This document shows positions 52,197 to 61,056 of a stretch of 64,000 nt of DNA, piece after piece (position 1 is the stretch's first letter; each line of letters opens with the position of its first letter). The position numbers and the translations under genes are program-made. The stretch is taken from positions 6,359 to 70,358 of the forward strand of contig CAINOO010000101.1 of the NCBI GenBank assembly GCA_903851535.1, given 5' to 3'. The stretch is from an uncultured Chlorobiaceae bacterium (GTDB lineage Bacteria; Bacteroidota; Chlorobiia; Chlorobiales; Chlorobiaceae). The notes under the pieces were generated by a model. That model did not search any database. It was not told the origin of the DNA and was given only the letters and a program-made list of their open reading frames with translations.

Positions 52197-52492
52197 TGTT
52201 GTCGGAAAAAGAGCTATACGAAAAACTTGAGGAAGCGGTACGCACGGTATTGAATACCGAACCGGGTGAAATCCGCAAAGAGAGCATGTTCAAGGCTGAT
52301 CTCAAAGCAGAAAGCATTGATTATCTTGACATCAGTTATGAAATCGAACAAAGGACAGGAATAGAGCTTGATTTTACTGAAGCTTTGCAATACATCACGG
52401 AAAAGAAGGGGGATGATATCACGGATATATCTGTTCAGGATATGATGGATTATATGACGCTTGTTATCCGTCAAAAAGAAGAGAAGTCGTGA
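52196..52492 (+). CDS. Acyl carrier protein
   Basis: Acidic 98-aa protein with the DLKAESIDYLDI Ppant-Ser motif. Confidence 0.88.
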   Translation: MLSEKELYEKLEEAVRTVLNTEPGEIRKESMFKADLKAESIDYLDISYEIEQRTGIELDFTEALQYITEKKGDDITDISVQDMMDYMTLVIRQKEEKS

Positions 52493-53727
52493 CGCATGAT
52501 GTTGTTGTAACAGAAATCGGTATTGTTTCACCACTTGGCGGCTCAATATCTGAATTTGAAACGCGCATGTTTGCCGGCGATTCTGGTATCATAGATATAC
52601 GTGGATTGCTTGTGGATAAAAATTTCCCCGTACCGTTCGGTGGGGTCATAGATGACTCAAAAATTCCTTCAGCAGAGGAAATGGGACTCAATCCCGGAGC
52701 TCTTTCAAATGGAGGCCGCTATTCACTATTTGCGCTGCAGCAGATTTTTGATCGACTTCCTGAAGGAATACTGATTGACGGAATTGTTCAGGCGACTCCA
52801 GCGGGTATTTATTTTGATATCGTCCGTGAGTCATTAAAAAAATATGACCCCGAAACGTTCGTATGGAATGAGCTTCGGGCCGAATGGATCGTCGAGATTA
52901 TTGCCGCTCGTTTAAACAAAAGAGGTAACGGAGCGATTGGTCCAGCAAATATGATCACGATCAACACTGCTTGTGCGGCAGGAAGTCAGGCTATCGGAAT
53001 GGCATATAATTTCCTGAAGTCGGGCCGTATGAAAAGATGCCTTGTTTCTGCCGTTGATGCTGGAGCATGGGAAAGTCAGCTAATGAATTTCCATCTTCTG
53101 CATACTCTCACAACAGAAGCAGTCCCTGCACATAAAGCAAGCAGACCGTTTTCAAAAAACCGTGCCGGTTTCGTGAAAAGTGAAGCTGCGGCAACACTTC
53201 TTCTTGAAACAAGAGCCGCTGCTGAAGAAAGAAATGCTGAAATACTGGCTCAGGTTTGCGGTTATGCATTTAATTCCGATGCCTATCGGGTGACGGACGG
53301 TCGGGAAGACAATCTCTGTGTGGTCAGGGCGATGAATGATGCTCTTGCAGATGCTGGTATTGAAAAGAATAAAATTGACTATATCAATGCCCACGGGACT
53401 TCCACATTACTGAATGACCGTCTTGAAACTCAGGCGATCAAGAAGGTGTTTGGTGATATGGCTTACCATATTCCTGTCAGTTCGCTGAAATCACAAATTG
53501 GCCACTCAACGGTCGCCGCAGGGACGGTGGAGGCGATAGCGTGCATTTTGATGTTGCAACGCCAGAAAGTCGCTCCAACGATCAATCTTGATGAGTCTGA
53601 TTCCGATTGTGATCTTGATTATGTTGCAGAGGGAAGTCGTGATGTTGCAGTTGATTACATACTCAGTAACAGTTTTGGTTTTGGTGGCCAGAACGCATGT
53701 CTTGTCTTAAAAAAGGAAAAATGCTGA
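52489..53727 (+). CDS. Beta-ketoacyl-ACP synthase (FabF-like KS)
   Basis: TACAAG (Cys), NAHGTST (His), KSQIGHS (His), SNSFGFGGQN. Confidence 0.93.
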   Translation: MTHDVVVTEIGIVSPLGGSISEFETRMFAGDSGIIDIRGLLVDKNFPVPFGGVIDDSKIPSAEEMGLNPGALSNGGRYSLFALQQIFDRLPEGILIDGIVQATPAGIYFDIVRESLKKYDPETFVWNELRAEWIVEIIAARLNKRGNGAIGPANMITINTACAAGSQAIGMAYNFLKSGRMKRCLVSAVDAGAWESQLMNFHLLHTLTTEAVPAHKASRPFSKNRAGFVKSEAAATLLLETRAAAEERNAEILAQVCGYAFNSDAYRVTDGREDNLCVVRAMNDALADAGIEKNKIDYINAHGTSTLLNDRLETQAIKKVFGDMAYHIPVSSLKSQIGHSTVAAGTVEAIACILMLQRQKVAPTINLDESDSDCDLDYVAEGSRDVAVDYILSNSFGFGGQNACLVLKKEKC

Positions 53728-54491
53728 TGGAAAAACGTCTTGCCTTGATCACAGGAGGCACTTCCGGCATAGGACTGGGAACAGCGAAAGCTCTTGCAGG
53801 AAAATTTGATCTTGCTCTGGCATATGCCGAAAACCATGAAAAAGCTTTTGACGCAGCAGCTCAATTAAACGATTGCGGCAGCGAGGTTAAGATTTTTGTC
53901 TGTAAACTGGATGGATATCAATCAGCAAAACAACTCTATGACAGGGTTGTGGCGGATTTTGGTCGTCAGCCTGAAATACTTGTTAATTCTGCCGGACGGA
54001 TAATGGACGGTTTTTTTTTACAGACAGATTTCTCGATTCAGGAAAAGCTTATACAGGAACATCTTGTCGTTTCCATGGCAATGTGTCAGCTTGCACTGAA
54101 ATCCATGTATGGAAAACGGTATGGACGGATCGTCAATCTCAGCTCTATCAGTGCTATCTATGCCAAAAGGAGCCAGGTCAGCTATGCTGCGGCCAAAGCA
54201 GGGATCATAGGGTTTACCAAGGCGCTTGCTCTCGAAGTTGCCCATCGGGGCATTACGGTCAATACCGTTGCTCCGGGGCTCATCCGGACACCAATGACAT
54301 CAGGGATTATTAACTATCTGGAAAAAGCTTCGCCTCGTGAAATCAGCCGTCACATTCCAGCAGGATATATCGGTGAACCGGAGGATGTTGGGTCGCTTAT
54401 TGCCTTTTTATGTTCTGATGCTGCCCGTTATATAACAGGATCGGTTATCACTGTTGATGGTGGCAGGTCTCTGGGAGATACGGGAACATGA
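53721..54491 (+). CDS. FabG-like 3-oxoacyl-ACP reductase (SDR)
   Basis: TGGTSGIG, VNSAG, SSIS, YAAAKAG, VAPG. Confidence 0.88.
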   Translation: MLMEKRLALITGGTSGIGLGTAKALAGKFDLALAYAENHEKAFDAAAQLNDCGSEVKIFVCKLDGYQSAKQLYDRVVADFGRQPEILVNSAGRIMDGFFLQTDFSIQEKLIQEHLVVSMAMCQLALKSMYGKRYGRIVNLSSISAIYAKRSQVSYAAAKAGIIGFTKALALEVAHRGITVNTVAPGLIRTPMTSGIINYLEKASPREISRHIPAGYIGEPEDVGSLIAFLCSDAARYITGSVITVDGGRSLGDTGT

Positions 54492-55240
54492 AACGGCTTG
54501 ATAACAGGATTGCGGTTGTTACCGGAGGAACCAGGGGCATTGGCAGAGCCATTTCATTGGCTCTTGCTGAAAGTGGAGCAAAGGTGTTTGCTCTCTATGC
54601 AAGAAGCCGGAAAAGCGCTGAAGCTCTCGAAAAGGAGGCAAGTGAAAAAGGGCTGAGCATTACAACGTTCAGGGGTGATCTCACGCATGAAGTAAGTTTC
54701 AATCAGTTGGCAGGAGTGATTCATGAAGCCTGCGATCATATTGATATTCTTGTGCATTCGGCTGCAAGTGGAGTGCATCGCAAAGCGATGGAACTTTCAG
54801 ATAAACAGTTGAAGTGGACTTTTGAAATCAACTTTTTTGCTGTTCACCGCTTAACGCTCGAGCTTATCGGAAAAATGAGCAGAGGGAGCCGTATTATCGG
54901 TATAACCTCTCCAGGTGGCACACACGTCATCCCCAGTTATGCCGCTGTAGGCTCAACCAAAGGCGCAATGGAATCTCTGTTTCGGCACTACGCCTTTGAA
55001 CTCGCTCCCCAAGGAATTATGGTGAACCTGGTTTGCCCGGGACTTGTTATGACTGATGCGGCAAAAGCATTGCCAGAGCTCGACAGGCTGTTACAGATGA
55101 CGCAGGAGTACACTCCTTCAGGAAAACTGACAAGCCCTGAAGATGTGGCTGAAGTAGTCAGGTTTCTTGCGTCTGATGCCGGAGCCCAGATTGTCGGACA
55201 GACTATCGTGATTGATGGAGGCAAGGCTTTACTCGCATGA
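54488..55240 (+). CDS. SDR, FabL-like enoyl-ACP reductase
   Basis: TGGTRGIG, HSAASGV, YAAVGSTK (Y-x6-K spacing typical of FabI/FabL-type enoyl reductases). Confidence 0.75.
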   Translation: MKRLDNRIAVVTGGTRGIGRAISLALAESGAKVFALYARSRKSAEALEKEASEKGLSITTFRGDLTHEVSFNQLAGVIHEACDHIDILVHSAASGVHRKAMELSDKQLKWTFEINFFAVHRLTLELIGKMSRGSRIIGITSPGGTHVIPSYAAVGSTKGAMESLFRHYAFELAPQGIMVNLVCPGLVMTDAAKALPELDRLLQMTQEYTPSGKLTSPEDVAEVVRFLASDAGAQIVGQTIVIDGGKALLA

Positions 55241-55358
55241 TTTGACCTGTACAGCAAAAGTGAGAAATTGACGGGTTGGATGATCGGACAGTACGATTGG
55301 TCATGATATCAGGGAAGAATGGGCTGTTATTGTATGAAAAAGGAGTTACCCACTCAAC

Positions 55359-56057
55359 ATGAATGATCGAGTAATTGCAAAACTGGTAGATGTTTCAAAA
55401 TATTACGGCAGTGGCGAAGGTCGTGTAACTGCTCTGAGCAGTATCAATCTCACCCTGTTAAGGGGCGATTGTGTTGTACTTGTCGGTCTTTCTGGCAGCG
55501 GTAAATCAACACTGCTGCATTTGCTTGGATGTATCGACAAGCAGGATGAAGGTCAAATCATTATTGATGGTATCGACACATCATTGAAGAGTCTCGAACA
55601 GTTGGCATTTCTGCGGCTGGAAAAAATCGGATTTGTTTTTCAGTCATTCAATCTGATTCCTGTGCTGACAGCCTATGAAAATATCGAACTTCCCCTTCTG
55701 TTCAAGGGCTATAAAAAAAATAGTATCAAAGAACGGGTAGATGATGTGCTTGAAGAATTCGGGCTTCATGAGAGGAAACATCACTATCCTCGGCAGATGT
55801 CCGGCGGGCAGCAGCAACGGGTTGCAATTGCAAGAGCACTGGTTACCCAGCCGTCACTGATCCTGGCCGATGAACCAACCGCCAATCTTGACAGTCAAAC
55901 CGGTGCTGGAATTCTCGATTTGCTGATTGACCTTAATATGAAAAAAAATATTACCATCGTACTTTCTTCACATGATTCTGTCGTACTGGACAAGATTAAA
56001 ACTGTTGTTCATATCCGGGATGGCAGGATTGTTCATACGAATATCTCCACCTGCTGA
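55359..56057 (+). CDS. ABC transporter ATP-binding protein (LolD/MacB-type)
   Basis: [37 protein letters not shown]. Confidence 0.93.
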   Translation: MNDRVIAKLVDVSKYYGSGEGRVTALSSINLTLLRGDCVVLVGLSGSGKSTLLHLLGCIDKQDEGQIIIDGIDTSLKSLEQLAFLRLEKIGFVFQSFNLIPVLTAYENIELPLLFKGYKKNSIKERVDDVLEEFGLHERKHHYPRQMSGGQQQRVAIARALVTQPSLILADEPTANLDSQTGAGILDLLIDLNMKKNITIVLSSHDSVVLDKIKTVVHIRDGRIVHTNISTC

Positions 56058-56164
56058 TATTTTCAGGAAATTTTTTCGAGATTTTGCTCTTTTTAATTTA
56101 TGGTCGCGTATTGCTGGATTTTTTTCATGACTTTTTACAAAAAGAAGGGATAGCAAAGATTATT

Positions 56165-57418
56165 ATGGCTATGATCCAGGACGTTGATACGGTAATAACT
56201 GATTTTCATTCAGTACGTTTATTGCAGACAGTATCCCAAGAGCAGAGTTGCAGGTTGCTCATCAAGGGAATGGTCAAAGCAATTGCTGTAAAGACCGGCA
56301 AAACGTCCGGCAAAGATATTGAGAAAATTCATAAAAAAGTGCAATCAAAGTTTAACTTTTATGCGCTTTCAGGCGACACAGTAAAGCAACGTTATATGGC
56401 GATCTGGCCTGAACATTATAAATATGAAGAAGAATTAAGCCTTGTTGAAGATGGATGTTTTGTCAAATACGATACGGCATTTCCAATGTATGAAGAACTG
56501 GCGAAACGACATACCAATCCAGATGGAGTCGGGCTGAGTGAAAGAATGGATTTTTACCGTATTATAGCAGAAAAACATATTCGGCATCTTTATGCTGATA
56601 AACATGCCGAACAACCTGATCATATTATTCATGTAACATCTACAGGCTATGTTGAGCCCAACCCGGTAGATGTTATCATGTCAGAAAACAAGTGGTATGA
56701 CGTTCCGGTCACAAATTTTTACAACAGAGCCTGCAATGCTTCCATATCTGCAATACGTACGGCAAATGCATTGATGCGTTCATCTTTTCTCGGCGGTTAT
56801 GAAAAACCGAAAAAACGGGTTGATCTTGTACATTCCGAGCTCTTTAGCATACACATAAAAATATCTGATGATCATCCTGTAAATATTGGTTTGATGAGTA
56901 GCTACAGTGACAGTTTTCTGCGATATTCTATCCGTAGATATGCTGATGTTCGTGAAAACGGGATGGGTTCACTTAAAATTATTGCTTTCAGGCACATGAT
57001 AATTCCTGAGTCAACTCATATTGCCGTATGGAAGGTTTCCAGTCCTGTATTTGATTATAAAATTGATCCATTAAAATATTTGAAGCTGATAAGGAGTAAT
57101 GTTCGTGATTTTGTGCACTGCTTTTTCAGAGAAATCGGTATTGAATTTACAAAAATCAAAAATAAGCTGCTTTTTGCTATCCAGGCTCCAAGCCTGCTTG
57201 TTTTGAAACAGATAGGAAAAGAGCTGGAGTTGTCCGAAGAGCAATTGGCATTCAGCAAAAACGTGCTTTATGAAAATGGTTACCTTTCATCGGGTGCAAT
57301 TCCATTCATGTGCAAGCATATTATTGAGTCTTCGCAGATATCATCAGGGCAGCAAGTGTTGTGTATCGGACACGCTTTAGGTCTGACCATTTCTGGGATG
57401 TTGCTTGAAAAAACCTGA
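56165..57418 (+). CDS. Type III PKS/chalcone-synthase-fold protein with atypical active site (Cys kept; His->Gln, Asn->Tyr)
   Basis: PDHIIHVTSTGY, NRACNAS, LVHSELFSIH, FAIQAPS (canonical AIHPGG), ENGYLSSG (canonical GNMSS), ALGLT (canonical GPGLT). Confidence 0.78.
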   Translation: MAMIQDVDTVITDFHSVRLLQTVSQEQSCRLLIKGMVKAIAVKTGKTSGKDIEKIHKKVQSKFNFYALSGDTVKQRYMAIWPEHYKYEEELSLVEDGCFVKYDTAFPMYEELAKRHTNPDGVGLSERMDFYRIIAEKHIRHLYADKHAEQPDHIIHVTSTGYVEPNPVDVIMSENKWYDVPVTNFYNRACNASISAIRTANALMRSSFLGGYEKPKKRVDLVHSELFSIHIKISDDHPVNIGLMSSYSDSFLRYSIRRYADVRENGMGSLKIIAFRHMIIPESTHIAVWKVSSPVFDYKIDPLKYLKLIRSNVRDFVHCFFREIGIEFTKIKNKLLFAIQAPSLLVLKQIGKELELSEEQLAFSKNVLYENGYLSSGAIPFMCKHIIESSQISSGQQVLCIGHALGLTISGMLLEKT

Positions 57419-57453
57419 TTGTCAAAATGACGTTTTGAATCCATGAGTATTGT

Positions 57454-58743
57454 ATGAACAGTCTGAAACTTGCAGGTATTGCTGTCCGAAATCTGTTGCG
57501 AAACAGTCGAAGGACCTTGATTACCGTCCTTGTTTCTTCTGCAGGTTTTGCAGCGCTTGCCATCGTTGCCGGATACATGGATTTTACTTTTTTCGGTCTT
57601 CAGGAAATGACGATTTGCCGGGGATTTACGTCAAGCGGCGGTACCGGTCATATCCAGATTTTCAGGAAAGAGGCACTGCAAAAAGAGGAGCATTATCCTT
57701 TGGAATATGGCATCGCAGATAGTGAAAAACTTCAGCAAGCAGTCAAATTAAACAAAAGTGTTATTGCAACCATGCCCAGAATAGAATTCAATGGGCTTAT
57801 ATCCAATGGAGAAAAGTCTATTTCATTTCTTGGTACAGGGGTTGACCCGAAAAAAGAAACTGAGCTGATTCATTACTGGAATGCTTTGGAAAAACTCTCA
57901 TCCAGAAAATTAATGGATGATTCTGTTTATAAAAAACTTGAAACGACCTCTTCCAACGGGGTGCTTCTTGGGGAAGGGATGGCCAAAGCCATGAATGCTC
58001 ATGTAGGCTCCAGTCTCATGCTGATGGGTACCACAGTTGACGGCGCTGTCAATGCAGTGGATGTTACCGTTGCAGGAGTTGTGCGCAGTTCTATGAAATC
58101 TATTGATCGCTATTATCTGGTAACCAGTTTAGAAACGGCACAAAGCCTTATGCAGACTGGCAAAGTTTCCAAAATTGTAGTAGTTCTTGATAAAACAAGC
58201 AATACCGATATCGTCAGACCTCTTGTTTTTGCAAAAATCAATGCATCCGGTAATAATCCTGAATTTTCAGTTATAGCATGGGATCAACTGGCAGAATATT
58301 ACCATTCAATCAGGGATGCATACCGTATTATTTTCAGCTTTATCGGAATTATTGTAGTTGTGATTGTGTTCCTCAGTACCACGAATACCATGCTTATGGC
58401 GACCATGGAACGGGTGAGAGAGATTGGAACGATGAAGGCCATCGGTATATCAAATCTTTGGATTTCCTTTCTGTTTTTGTATGAGGGCTTTTTTATAGGG
58501 TTGATGAGCATTTGTGGCGGCATGGCTCTTAAAATTATTTTTTCAAGCATTATCAACAATTCCGGGTTCAAAATGCCACCACCACCCGGTATGTCTTCTT
58601 CCTATCTGCTGAAAATATTTTTTGCTGCGGATTTTCTTCCATGGATTTCACTTCTGATACTGTTCTCTACAACATGCTCGGGATTGCTGACCCTTTTTAA
58701 AATCAGAAAACTTTCAATTGTCAACTCGTTAACGCATGTATGA
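57454..58743 (+). CDS. ABC transporter permease (LolE/MacB/FtsX-type)
   Basis: RNLLRNSRRTLIT, large periplasmic loop, MERVREIGTMKAIG, PPPPG. Confidence 0.9.
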   Translation: MNSLKLAGIAVRNLLRNSRRTLITVLVSSAGFAALAIVAGYMDFTFFGLQEMTICRGFTSSGGTGHIQIFRKEALQKEEHYPLEYGIADSEKLQQAVKLNKSVIATMPRIEFNGLISNGEKSISFLGTGVDPKKETELIHYWNALEKLSSRKLMDDSVYKKLETTSSNGVLLGEGMAKAMNAHVGSSLMLMGTTVDGAVNAVDVTVAGVVRSSMKSIDRYYLVTSLETAQSLMQTGKVSKIVVVLDKTSNTDIVRPLVFAKINASGNNPEFSVIAWDQLAEYYHSIRDAYRIIFSFIGIIVVVIVFLSTTNTMLMATMERVREIGTMKAIGISNLWISFLFLYEGFFIGLMSICGGMALKIIFSSIINNSGFKMPPPPGMSSSYLLKIFFAADFLPWISLLILFSTTCSGLLTLFKIRKLSIVNSLTHV

Positions 58744-59566
58744 ATTATTTATTAAACTCATAAGTCCTGTTTTTCTGCTTGTCATGATTGTATCTGGTTC
58801 TGTTTGCTTTGCGGCAAACACTTCAGGCTTCAGTGTCCCGGATAGAAGAAGAGATGCCGCAGAAAATAGTGTTACAGCAGAAGAAATCCTGAAAAAAGCA
58901 GACGAAGCCAGAGCGCCATGGCCGGATTTTACCATGACGGCGACACTTTCAGTTGAGAGACCAGCAGAACAGGCGCCTGATATTTTCAGGGTGTTTCTCA
59001 AAAATCATAGTCAAACACTGGTAAGTTATATAGAGCCACTGAAACAAAGAGGTAATATGCTCCTGATGCGGGATGACAACCTCTGGTATTACGTTAACAA
59101 GACGCATCGTCCAATACGGATAACTCCTGTTCAGAAGTTATCAGGCGGAGCATCTTATGGTGATATTACAAAACTTGACTGGTCAAAAGATTATTTAGCT
59201 ATTATTGGTGGCGAGAGCCTGGTTCGCGTGAAGGAAGAGCGCTTCGATGCATGGTTTCTCAAGCTTACAGCTCGATCGAAAAGCGCAACCTACCATACAA
59301 TTGATCTTTATGTTGAAAAAGGAACTTACTATCCGAGAAAAGCCGTAGTTTATCTGCAATCAGGTAAAAAAATGAAAACGATGTATTTCACAGCTTATAC
59401 AAAAAATGCCGGCAAAATCATGAACACCAAAATAGATTTTATTGATCATCTTGCATCAGACAAGGAAACATCGCTGATTTTCAGTAAAGTTATTGTAAAA
59501 AAAATACCAGATAGTTTTTTCCTTCCAGCAAGTCTGCCTTCCCTTTACAGTGAGGTTGTCTATTAA
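58736..59566 (+). CDS. Outer-membrane lipoprotein-sorting (LolA-like) periplasmic protein
   Basis: Signal peptide, EILKKAD, NLWYY...PIRITPVQKLSGGASYGDI, SGKKMK. Confidence 0.82.
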   Translation: MYELFIKLISPVFLLVMIVSGSVCFAANTSGFSVPDRRRDAAENSVTAEEILKKADEARAPWPDFTMTATLSVERPAEQAPDIFRVFLKNHSQTLVSYIEPLKQRGNMLLMRDDNLWYYVNKTHRPIRITPVQKLSGGASYGDITKLDWSKDYLAIIGGESLVRVKEERFDAWFLKLTARSKSATYHTIDLYVEKGTYYPRKAVVYLQSGKKMKTMYFTAYTKNAGKIMNTKIDFIDHLASDKETSLIFSKVIVKKIPDSFFLPASLPSLYSEVVY

Positions 59567-59572
59567 TCAACA

Positions 59573-60943
59573 ATGTACCTGATAATGAACATGTATACAG
59601 TCTTAATCAAGCTTGGCCTCCGGACAAAAGAATATTTTAGTCATCCCCATAAGATCATTTTCTTTGTCAGTCTCTTTTTTCTTGCAGCGACACAATCATC
59701 TCTTTTTGCAGAAGAGAAAGCCGATTCAAGCCTCTCTTCCTTTTCCGGCTCATTGCGGCTGTCCGGGGAAGGAGAATACATAAACCTGAGCGATTCAATG
59801 CTCAATCCATCCAATATTCTGGAGAGAGCGGATAAGCGGGCGGAAGCCTTTGTACTTGGAAGTGCTTTATACAAGGGATTTGGTGGTATCTTTGAATCGG
59901 AAATGCGTTTCAGTTACCAATACACTTCAGGAAGATCAGACGCCTGGTTTGAAAAATCATTCTCAAAAGCACAGGTCAACCAATTGTATTATCAGAAAAA
60001 ATCAGAAAATATTTCATTATTGCTCGGCAGAAAAAAAATTCGCTGGGGGGTAGGTTATTCTTATAGTCCGACAGACCTTATTTCGCAACTGAAAAACCCG
60101 GAAGATCCGCAAGATCGTTTAAGCCTGGTTAAGGGGGCGGATTTGTTTCAAGCCTCTTTCAATAATGAAAATAATCAGATAGATCTGGCATACGTGCCTG
60201 AAATTGAGTGGAACTCTGATGGCTTGGTTATCAGAAACAACAGATTTGCAATGAGATGGTACCGGTTCATGGATCCATTTGATTTGTCTCTTGTCGGTAC
60301 TGTTGATGATGACGGTAAATGGGCGGCAGGCATGAATACCTCTGTGACATATGGCAACGCACTTGAGCTTCATGCCGAATATCTTTATACTTCATCAAAT
60401 CATAAAGCATATCCCAATACAAATCTCGATCCATCAAGCTTTGTTATGCCCTATTACTTGTATCGCAGTGGAGGGGTTCATGATGTAGTGCTTGGCGGTC
60501 AGTACACTTTTGAAAACAACATGAATCTTACACTTGAATACCTTTATCGAAGTTCAGGCTATTCAAACGACATCTTCAAATCTTACGTGAACCATATTTC
60601 ATACCTTAATGACCAGTATTTATTGCTGTCAAATCCTGTTTTTTCACTTGCAGGGCTGAATGAATCGGCAATGAATTTCAATATGCCACTCAGGAACCAC
60701 TACCTCTTTACCCGACTGTATCATCCCGATGTAATTCAATCAATTTCCCTTGAAGTTTACAGCTATCTCAGCCTTGGTGATGGCAGTGGTTTTTTTGTTT
60801 TTATGCCAAAATATGAAAAAGAAAAAAACTATGAAGTATATCTTAGATTGAAAAAGTTCTGGGGAAAAAGAAATAGTGAATTTGGTCTTGTTCCGGATGA
60901 TTTCAGTGCAATTGTGGGCTTTTCATATTTTTTGGGTAACTGA
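59573..60943 (+). CDS. Putative outer-membrane beta-barrel protein
   Basis: Signal-like hydrophobic segment, LGRKKIRWGVGYSYSPTD, aromatic-rich amphipathic strands, terminal GFSYF. Start uncertain. Confidence 0.7.
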   Translation: MYLIMNMYTVLIKLGLRTKEYFSHPHKIIFFVSLFFLAATQSSLFAEEKADSSLSSFSGSLRLSGEGEYINLSDSMLNPSNILERADKRAEAFVLGSALYKGFGGIFESEMRFSYQYTSGRSDAWFEKSFSKAQVNQLYYQKKSENISLLLGRKKIRWGVGYSYSPTDLISQLKNPEDPQDRLSLVKGADLFQASFNNENNQIDLAYVPEIEWNSDGLVIRNNRFAMRWYRFMDPFDLSLVGTVDDDGKWAAGMNTSVTYGNALELHAEYLYTSSNHKAYPNTNLDPSSFVMPYYLYRSGGVHDVVLGGQYTFENNMNLTLEYLYRSSGYSNDIFKSYVNHISYLNDQYLLLSNPVFSLAGLNESAMNFNMPLRNHYLFTRLYHPDVIQSISLEVYSYLSLGDGSGFFVFMPKYEKEKNYEVYLRLKKFWGKRNSEFGLVPDDFSAIVGFSYFLGN

Positions 60944-61056
60944 TAAACGTTTATACACCAGATCACATGGTTTGAACATATTTATCCTGACTCTTATACA
61001 GGCGGGTGTACTATGCTTTTCTGGTATTTTGTAAAGCACAAGACGAATAATCACTG

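Noticed and set aside
50432-55240. Housekeeping fatty-acid synthesis operon
   Set aside because: It has no fabD/fabH/plsX, and it has an atypical ACP, a truncated KS partner, AT-richer composition and linked export/tailoring genes, all pointing to specialised metabolism.
51007-60943. Canonical aryl polyene or dialkylresorcinol cluster
   Set aside because: No AMP-ligase, glycosyltransferase, acyltransferase, MMPL exporter or DarA-like cyclase is visible in the window. The unseen 3' part could change this.
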